Source of the DNA: Candidatus Poseidoniales archaeon
GTDB lineage: Archaea > Thermoplasmatota > Poseidoniia > Poseidoniales > Poseidoniaceae
Length of the DNA: 64,000 nucleotides
Reading direction: 5' to 3'
Assembly: GCA_038106355.1 (NCBI GenBank)
Contig: JAYODQ010000005.1
Span: forward strand, 9,301-73,300
Shown: positions 26,191-34,600 of the stretch, in pieces
How positions within the stretch are numbered: position 1 is the stretch's first letter
Layout of the letters: each line of letters begins with the position of its first letter
Program-made: the position numbers and the translations under genes
The notes under the pieces: model-generated
The model's input: only the letters and a program-made list of their open reading frames with translations
What the model was told of the DNA's origin: nothing
Database searches by the model: none

Positions 26191-29100
26191 TCACTTCTTC
26201 AAGGAATTGAGGTATTGCCATCCATAAGCATTCCATTGTTCCATAGTCCAGCCTTCTGGTAAGCCAGATGGAGGTAAAGGAGGAGCGGCAGGAGTTGGCG
26301 GGGTTGGAGTTGGCAGTGTTGGTTTGGGTGGTGGTGGGCTTGCATTAGCTGGTGCAGAAATCACGATATCAGGAACAATTTTTTCTTCCTGTTGCATTGC
26401 CTGTTCAACATTTGCAGTTTGATCAGCATCATCCTCAAACGATTCAGCGATGAGCCTTCGACGCATGACCATCGACCATATTCCGAAAGAAATTGAACCA
26501 AGAGCGATAATAAATAGAACGATGCTAAAGGTACCTTCTGATGCTTGTTGAGACAATGCTTCACCATCTCGAACCGTTTGTTGTTTCACAATCAGTGGGT
26601 CCACTGTTTTTCTGTCCATTTCAACTCCATCCACGAGGACTAACACTCGATATTCAATGCTTTCACCTGCTTGGACATCGGCAATGTCCGAAAGTGTCGC
26701 AGTAAATTCTTGGTTTGATGTTACATCGAGTACTGTTGAATCTACTTCAGCCCAAAAACCACCTTCAATAAGTCTTTGCAATGAAAATTGAACTTGACCA
26801 GTGCCGCCTGTGTTGATACCTTTCACAATCATACTCGACATTTGATTTTGAATCGGGCTTGGGTTTGACCAACGCAAGATTGATGTTTCAGCATTCAAGT
26901 TAACTTGTGGCCCAGTAAGTGCAAGCGGCCAAGATGCAAATGGTTCCATCATTGAATTCCCGACTGTATCAAATGGATTCCCAGCTTCATCTGAGCCCGA
27001 AATCCAAACATCGACGGTGTAGGATTGCAATAGAGTAGTTGCGCCTGCGTCTGTCAAATCAAGGTGTCCAGTCCAGAAAAATTGTTGACCGAAGGGAGTA
27101 ATATCTGGTAAGAGGACACTGCCTCGAGAAATTTCTGCTTCCCCTGCCTTCACCCGGTAGTGAAGAACTGCAGGTTTCCCGAGATCAAATCCATTATCAT
27201 CTCTTGTTTCTAATTGGACAAGAAGATTATTTGCATTTCCAATGGGTAACGGCAAGGTGGGATCGACTCCACCGAGTGAAATGCTACCGATGGTTGGTCG
27301 AACACTATCGACTGCAAGGCGAACACGGGGAGAAAACGGTGTCTGGTCTTCAGCGAGACCTGGTAAATCTTCTAATTTCAATCGCAAATCAAGATGTCCA
27401 GAACGGACAGATGGTACGAGAAGGTCAAGAGTGAATTCACCCTCCACTCGAATGGATGTTTCCCATTTGAACTCAAAATCACCGAATGTGACATCAAATG
27501 CTCCAGCAGGAGCTGGAGTCTCATCTTCAGAGAAAAGGACACGCCCTGAAACTCGTAGTGCTTGACCTGCTCCAATGATTGTTTCAAAGTTTTCATCGTT
27601 GTAGTGATTTTCTCCATTTCGAAGTTCAACTGCACGAATGTGACCACTTTCAGTATCGAATCTGAAATCATTATCCAAACTCCACCAATCTTCACCAAGT
27701 CCGTATTCTCGCTCATAGCAAGGGACATCTTCTCCTTCGTTACAAGGCCTGTCGGTGACGAGGATTTTTGGAATGAAATGGGATTCGCCATTTGTGTCGT
27801 ACATCTCAGGGAACGTCCAAGTTAATTGGAATCTTGCTTGGATGAGAATCTTGCTTTCGTTTGTTGGGTCAATCTGTACTGCAGAGTAGATGTTTGAAAC
27901 CGCAATGTGCGTCGAGCCAGAAGTCATGACGGCCATTGGTAAACCAAACTCGTTTTCTTCCATACTAATGTAAATTGATGAATCATCGTCATCAAGGTCG
28001 CCACTTAAGGACAACTGAATGTATTGAATGTCCCTCCAAGTATTTCTGTCACTCACAACAAGTTGTGCTGTGTAAAGAATTCCAGGATGGAGTGGCTCAT
28101 AATCGTCATGACCAACTATCGTTGAATTTCCGATATCAACGCTTGGTTCAAATTCCTGTCGAATAGAATAGGTCACGAGATCAGCATCCCAGTCGGGTTG
28201 AGTTTCGCCGGGACGGAAACCACATGCTACGCTACTTTGTGGGCACACGGGACCTCCACCCATAGCCACTTGGTTGTTTTGACCATCTTTCCCTGAAACA
28301 AAGAATGACACTTTTTGGCCATGGAGCAACATCGAGTCATCGAGAATACCTTCGAAAATATTCAATCCACCTGGCTTGGTGTCAGGCGAACCGACACTCT
28401 TGAGTTCATACTCATCAGCGTTTGGCAATCCATCGAAGTTGTAATCTGTACACCCTATGGCTTCACTGGCTTTACATCCAATCCAGTAATGCAAGGATAT
28501 ACTCGTTGGGGGGTCAACAGAATCTTGTATTGTAATTGAAATTGGTTTTCCTCCACCTGTAGCAGCATGTTGTTCAGAGCCATCGAGAGGAGTTGCAAAT
28601 AAGACCATAGGAGAGTTACCATCGAGAACAAGTCGTATAGAATTGTACGATGGATTTGCAAAGGTCGAGCCATTTGCGAGGTCAACAGCTTGCACATAAA
28701 ACACCATACCGCCAGGTTGTGATTCCATTGGTGAGGTAAAGGTGAAATTGTATTCTCCAAACGCAGGATTGACTTCTTCAAGAAGTACAACAGGTTCACC
28801 AATTGGGTCCCCGTCGTAGGTGACATTTTGACCAATAATTCGAATCTTGAAAGAGCCTGCTTCTGGCATCAACTGAGAACCTTCGAAGTGAATGCCACCG
28901 GTAAACGTGAGATTATAGCCCCCACGAACCCAATCAAAAGAATACAATTCTCGACCAGTTTCCTCAAACACTCGCAAACCATCAAGTTGAATGTCATTCT
29001 CAATGACAAGATTCATCGTTGAGGTTTTCCATCCACTTACGGAGATACCGAGACTGTCCTCTACAGAAACGATTGCCTCAGCGTCGACTTCATCATCCCA

Positions 29101-31563
29101 TGACCAATTGACCTTTGTTGGAATGCGAATGACAAGTTCACCGTTTGCATTGATTGACGAAGTGCAGTTTGCGGTGTCGAAATGGATAATACCATCTGCA
29201 TCCGAAATCGTGGTGCATGAATCGCCAAGTTGCCATGAGAAGATGGGGTTTGAGCCGTGACTATTGACAATCCCAATGGAGGCTTTCGTCACCCTATCAA
29301 CATCATCTCCATGAGCAACAGTTGTGATTAAATTTCGATAAATTCCATCGGGTGCAGTTAAGCTTCCTTCAAACTCGACACCAACTGCCCTCGTTTGCAT
29401 TTTGTATGCGACATCAATGTTTGAAATTTTGACTCTGCCAGAAGTGGCTGCTTTGATGGCAATTGGGACATTCACAGTACCTTCACCGTTTTCAGGAATA
29501 AAGTCATTGAACGCATCGACAAGGGTCGGAGCATCTCGTACCACAGAACCCACTGCGGATCCATCATGAGCAACGATGGCTGATTCATTGAGGAATAATA
29601 GTGAACGCCAATCCCAGGTTCCATCGTTCCCAACATCAATTTCTGGTCGGTCAGGATAACCTTCTTCGAAATTGAGGGTAAACTTGTCAATCTTAGGGGT
29701 TACTTTTGCATCGTTGGAGGTCAAGAAAACAGCCCATTTGAGTGTATTGCCTGCACCTTCGGTGGAAAAACTCGTTTCTTGGTTGTTGGGAGCTTGCACC
29801 CAATTTGAACCATTATCGTTTGAGACCATGACGGAAATCGAAGTCCCTGAAGGCTCAGAACCTATCCAAACAGGACGGACTTTTCCGACTTTTGTTCCGG
29901 TATTGAAATGTGGACTCGTCCAATCGCCAGATGTTTGATATTTTGTGGCATATTCTATTTCGACCCACCACGAAACCGCAGTTGAACCAATCAATTGGGC
30001 TTTCCAAACAAGTTCTTTTCCTGGATATGAGAAATGGATGGTCTCGTTACTCACCACCGGTTCCCAATGTGTCCCATTGTCGGCTGAAATCCAATAATCA
30101 ACTCGGTCACCAATCGAAGTGGCCGACCAATACGATTTCATGTTGGCTGAAAGAATGTTCTCCCCACTCTTTACGACAGGGCCGTACCAAGTTGTGGTCC
30201 CGGGTGCAGGAGTTGTTTCATACATCCAGCCCGTACCTAACTCTCTGTAATATAGGGTGGAACCCGACCATGTTGAGTATCCAGAATCAACGGTTACAAA
30301 TCGTCGTCCATCAAATTGCAGTCCATACCCCAACGGAGAGATTTGACGAACGCCTTGTTGGGGAACAAGAGAGGACGATTGACCGGAAATGGACCATGCC
30401 TCAAGTTGGTCTCGGTCATTGTAGTACTGATCTTTTTGGCATCGCATAAAGAAAGTGGTTTCATTGACTTCAAGACCACGAACCAATTGACCCGTTCGAC
30501 CACAATCCCAAGAGGAACCTGAAGATGAAGAAAATGTGTAAATGGTGTCACCTCGTTGATATTGACCTGTACCATCACCGCTGAAGGTGTAAGGAACGAT
30601 CGAACGGGCAGAGTTGTGAACAATCCATACAACATCACGAGAGTGGTCGTAAGCAATGGCTACGTAATCCTGCAATTGCGGTGACACATCATACGAATCG
30701 ATACAGGTCCAAACATCGTCTCTCGAAACATCCATTTCGATGACTCGATGGTACATTACAGGTGCAGTTGAGCCGTATGGGTATTTGTATCCAGATAAAA
30801 TTCCAAACAATCGTTCATCATCGGTGATGGTCCAATCCCTAAATCCATACATCCCATAGTAAGAACTAGAGTGCTTTTGTGGCAGGGTACACTGTGCTTT
30901 ATCGAGGGTGATTGTCGACTCTATTGTTGCATTGTTAGGATACAATCTTTTGACCACATTGTGGAACGATGAGGAAGACCACGTCGATAAGAATAACCAA
31001 TCGTGATGCTTGAGGATCGCACCTTGACCTTGAGCCATGAACGTTGTTGAGGTTTTACTGACCTGCTGTGAAAATCGAGATTCGGTTGCGTTGGAGGTGT
31101 GTGGTTGACGAAGTGAAAATGTTCCGTTATCCAACCATGCATTTGAATTGACATTTTCAATGGCATCGTTGCCGTGTGGGTCGAACAAAATGCTACGGTT
31201 ATCCATCGCCAATGTCAAATCTCCACTTCGGTCATCGACAAATGACTCTTGGCCCTTCACCCAATCTTTTCTCAAGTCTTTGACAATTTGAGACCAACCA
31301 GTAGCAGAGGCACCTGATAAGGTGAGGCTAACATCGGTGACGAGTGCACCTTTTGGGATCTCAATTTCTGCGCCTGAATCGGGATTGCCACCCTGATAGA
31401 GGGCAATATATTCAGATGAGCCATCTTTGAACTCATAGATGTGTCGAGCAACTCCTGCTGCCTCTACATCTTCTACTGCCTTTGAAAATAGAGGTGACCA
31501 AGGGGTGAAAACCATGATGAAGACAAGGAAAAATGCAATTCGGCCCGGCTGGATTTTACTCAT
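26191..31563 (-). CDS. Giant (1,790 aa) membrane-anchored surface protein with Asp-box (BNR-like) motifs
   Basis: Signal peptide MSKIQPGRIAFFLVFIMVFTPWSPLFSKA. Asp-boxes SADNGTHW and SNDNGSNW. Many beta-sandwich-like stretches. TM helix FSIVLFIIALGSISFGIWSMVM, then an acidic and Pro-rich tail ending LPEGWTMEQWNAYGWQYLNSLKK. SD-like GAGGGG upstream. Confidence 0.8.
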   Translation of the reverse strand: MSKIQPGRIAFFLVFIMVFTPWSPLFSKAVEDVEAAGVARHIYEFKDGSSEYIALYQGGNPDSGAEIEIPKGALVTDVSLTLSGASATGWSQIVKDLRKDWVKGQESFVDDRSGDLTLAMDNRSILFDPHGNDAIENVNSNAWLDNGTFSLRQPHTSNATESRFSQQVSKTSTTFMAQGQGAILKHHDWLFLSTWSSSSFHNVVKRLYPNNATIESTITLDKAQCTLPQKHSSSYYGMYGFRDWTITDDERLFGILSGYKYPYGSTAPVMYHRVIEMDVSRDDVWTCIDSYDVSPQLQDYVAIAYDHSRDVVWIVHNSARSIVPYTFSGDGTGQYQRGDTIYTFSSSSGSSWDCGRTGQLVRGLEVNETTFFMRCQKDQYYNDRDQLEAWSISGQSSSLVPQQGVRQISPLGYGLQFDGRRFVTVDSGYSTWSGSTLYYRELGTGWMYETTPAPGTTTWYGPVVKSGENILSANMKSYWSATSIGDRVDYWISADNGTHWEPVVSNETIHFSYPGKELVWKAQLIGSTAVSWWVEIEYATKYQTSGDWTSPHFNTGTKVGKVRPVWIGSEPSGTSISVMVSNDNGSNWVQAPNNQETSFSTEGAGNTLKWAVFLTSNDAKVTPKIDKFTLNFEEGYPDRPEIDVGNDGTWDWRSLLFLNESAIVAHDGSAVGSVVRDAPTLVDAFNDFIPENGEGTVNVPIAIKAATSGRVKISNIDVAYKMQTRAVGVEFEGSLTAPDGIYRNLITTVAHGDDVDRVTKASIGIVNSHGSNPIFSWQLGDSCTTISDADGIIHFDTANCTSSINANGELVIRIPTKVNWSWDDEVDAEAIVSVEDSLGISVSGWKTSTMNLVIENDIQLDGLRVFEETGRELYSFDWVRGGYNLTFTGGIHFEGSQLMPEAGSFKIRIIGQNVTYDGDPIGEPVVLLEEVNPAFGEYNFTFTSPMESQPGGMVFYVQAVDLANGSTFANPSYNSIRLVLDGNSPMVLFATPLDGSEQHAATGGGKPISITIQDSVDPPTSISLHYWIGCKASEAIGCTDYNFDGLPNADEYELKSVGSPDTKPGGLNIFEGILDDSMLLHGQKVSFFVSGKDGQNNQVAMGGGPVCPQSSVACGFRPGETQPDWDADLVTYSIRQEFEPSVDIGNSTIVGHDDYEPLHPGILYTAQLVVSDRNTWRDIQYIQLSLSGDLDDDDSSIYISMEENEFGLPMAVMTSGSTHIAVSNIYSAVQIDPTNESKILIQARFQLTWTFPEMYDTNGESHFIPKILVTDRPCNEGEDVPCYEREYGLGEDWWSLDNDFRFDTESGHIRAVELRNGENHYNDENFETIIGAGQALRVSGRVLFSEDETPAPAGAFDVTFGDFEFKWETSIRVEGEFTLDLLVPSVRSGHLDLRLKLEDLPGLAEDQTPFSPRVRLAVDSVRPTIGSISLGGVDPTLPLPIGNANNLLVQLETRDDNGFDLGKPAVLHYRVKAGEAEISRGSVLLPDITPFGQQFFWTGHLDLTDAGATTLLQSYTVDVWISGSDEAGNPFDTVGNSMMEPFASWPLALTGPQVNLNAETSILRWSNPSPIQNQMSSMIVKGINTGGTGQVQFSLQRLIEGGFWAEVDSTVLDVTSNQEFTATLSDIADVQAGESIEYRVLVLVDGVEMDRKTVDPLIVKQQTVRDGEALSQQASEGTFSIVLFIIALGSISFGIWSMVMRRRLIAESFEDDADQTANVEQAMQQEEKIVPDIVISAPANASPPPPKPTLPTPTPPTPAAPPLPPSGLPEGWTMEQWNAYGWQYLNSLKK

Positions 31564-31637
31564 GGCATAGCCCCTCTTAGCAATGCACTCAACTCATAGC
31601 CTTTGAAGAATACGGTATCATGTCACTTTTCAAACAA

Positions 31638-34600
31638 TCAAGTTTGACGCGAATCATATCGAATTGGGGATGATTGACCACGAACTCCATCTTCTTCATC
31701 ATCTCGAACTTCAAACCAATCGACAAGCCAATCGCCATCTGTATCCCAATTCATAGGACTGCTACCTTCAGCCAAATGGTCATCATCGAAATCAAGGATG
31801 TACCAGCCAAACTCATGCTCACCAACATTTCGGTCAGGTGCTGTGTTTGGTGAAAATTGATAATAAATTTCCCAAGCATCCGTACGATTTCCAGCAAGCA
31901 AAATGATATCGTCTGATGAATTCAATGCAAAGAAATGAGCATCATTGTCATTTACAATGTATCCATACTGGAAATCTTGACCAGCATATTTATCCATTTT
32001 CAAATAATTCAAAATAAGTTCATTGGATTGTCCAATACCCAAAACTGCTTTCCTTAATTGCCACCATTCGGTAACTAAATTTCCATCGATTGTGAGCCCG
32101 GATAACCTAACAGCGTTCGGTGATGAATACTCTTGGAGGGTGAAGGCATAGAACTCTTGGAAATTCGTATATGGCTCATAGGTACAACCAGCTCCGCTAC
32201 AATCCCAGTTACCATCTTGGTCAGGGTCTTGATTGGCATCATTCGGGTCAGCAGGATTCAAGGTGAACCATGTGTAATTGAGTTCTGGACGTCGAAGTTC
32301 ACCAGATTGACTATCGAGAGATAATGGTAAACATGAATTTGTGGCTGTGGTACATGCACCACCAGTTGCAGGGTCAATCCATTGAACCTCAATTTGATAA
32401 TACGAACTGAAGTTATCGTTCGATTCATTCCATCCCAATTTATATTCGTGCCAATCGGGCAACATATCACCATCTGAGTCATTATCGCTTGGATTGCTAC
32501 CGTACTTGAAGACCTCGCGACCATCCGAGTAATTGTAATCTCGGACATGGGAGACCACGACACCATTCACAACTGTTGTAATGAACGTCACGCTATCTCC
32601 ATCAGAATCATTCAAGTCTGGCCTGGTTTGATTCTTCCATTCCATCATGTTGGTAAATGGCAAATTTCCAATGCCTGGTTGAATTTGTTGGGAAATTGGC
32701 GTAAAGACTCTATTTGACCACTGTCCTTGAACTGCAGGTTGGTCGAATGTGGTTCTGTTGTACCAGCCGTCGTGATCCCCATCATAATTTACATCAAATG
32801 GGTTGAGTGGATTTGAAGACCAATGATTGATTGTTGTGGCGTCATCCATACCAAAAATTGCATAGCAGAATTCCCACCCATCGGGAATGCCGTCGCTATC
32901 TGAATCAGGATGCGTGGGGTCCGCTACACCTCGAAGTGAACGGTTGAAATTACCTTCATCAAGCGAGTTTATTTTTGCCATGCGTTCAACTGAATCAGGG
33001 CCCTTTGCGATGAAATCTTGATACAATGCTAACTGTGCTTGGATTCCTGAATATCCAAGTTCTTCTTGATATGCAAGAATAGCATCCTCACCAAAGTCAA
33101 TGATTCCAAGTTCCAATGGGACAGTGTCTCGCCGGTCAAATTTACCCCACGTTCGGGATTCCCATTCACGCAAATTCGAAAAACGTTCATCCAAGGAGAT
33201 ATCCCCGTCACCATTGCAATCAAAACTGTCATCATCCGAATCGAGATACACATCTCCATCAATGAGTGGATTCATGCTCCATCGGTTTTCGTCCAAGTCC
33301 CAAGAGGTGAACCAATATTCAAATCCGTCAAACATTCCATCGCCGTCGGTATCACTCGAAGTTGGGTCAGTCATACCTTGCAACACCGAGATGAATGCGT
33401 TTGGAGGTTCTCCAGATTGCCAAGCATTGAAATCATCGAGGAGTCGCTTACCTCGGGTATTTTTCGAAATGAGTATGTTGAAGATTCTTTGTGCTTTTTC
33501 AGTTGGTTGTTGCAAATCACCATCAATATGCAACAAGGGGGCGTCGCTGGGATGTTCAATACCGTTATCCGGTTGTAAGGTTGCTAGGGCAAATTCTTGC
33601 TTGTCGATCAAACCATCTTCATCTCCGTCAAAATTTCCATCATCTGGAACGAGGGGATTGAGCGTCCACACTTCAGCCGATGTATTCCAAGCTGTGAAAA
33701 GTAATTCCAAACCATCGAGCATACCATCTCCATCGGTATCGATGTTATTCGGGTCTGTGGTCAGTCCAGATGAATTTCGTATGCTTTCATCGATAAAACT
33801 ACCAAATGATGCTGAGGTAGGGATGCCCGGCCACTGTTGAAGTGCATATGCAGCACCCACCGTTGTGACAAACCATTGAGGTGAACTTCGGTTGTTTTGA
33901 ATTTCAGAATACAATGGGTCAATTGAATTGTATTCTTCCCAATTGGTCATGCCATCATCATCTGCATCCTGCCATTTGTCCTTGGAGTCAAGTGGGTTGA
34001 GCGTCCACGCATCGTCCAATAAATTCCATCTTGCAAACCAAATCTCCCAGCCATCTGGCATCCCGTCGGTATCTGAATCGGCACTCCACGGATTTGCGGC
34101 ACCGATACTGTAGGTGGTTTGTGAATTGTATAACTCACTAAATGCCCTCTCAGCAAAGGTATCTTCTGGCTCTCCATAATCATAAATGAAATCAAACAAA
34201 CCTGTTTCAAATTCGAATGGAAACTCTTCACCATCGAGTGTTCCATTTGCGACAAATAAATCACTCCTCAAATGATATTCAAGGTAATTCACAAATTGTT
34301 CATCGATGGTAAGTACACCATCATGATTGATATCATAACCATCACCGTCTGGATTGCTAAGCACATCGCTACCGTTGAGTGGGTTGACTCCATTGTATTC
34401 TGGTGACCATGTACATCGACCATCCGACTCCCATCCGTCTGGTAATGAATCTCCGTCAGAATCAATTGAGTTTGGATCTGCAACACTCCATGTGAGAACT
34501 GATTCTGGAACTTCACCAAAGTTCTCTATCAATTCACCTTCTAAACCCGCAAGGCGAACCAGTGACCATTGATATTCGCACAAATTTGCTAGACCATCAC

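Noticed and set aside
26260-26345. GGN/GTT-rich quasi-repetitive DNA that looks like a short tandem repeat
   Set aside because: It is simply the antisense of the Pro-rich linker (PPPPKPTLPTPTPPTPAAPPLPP) in the 1,790-aa protein tail. It is not a CRISPR or satellite repeat.
33100-33840. 246-aa plus-strand ORF (and several 60-170-aa ORFs) antisense to the TSP3-repeat gene
   Set aside because: These are generated by the GAT/GAC/GGN-rich periodic coding sequence on the other strand. The products are Ser/Pro/Cys-rich low-complexity strings. The minus-strand ORF is uninterrupted for 5.7 kb.
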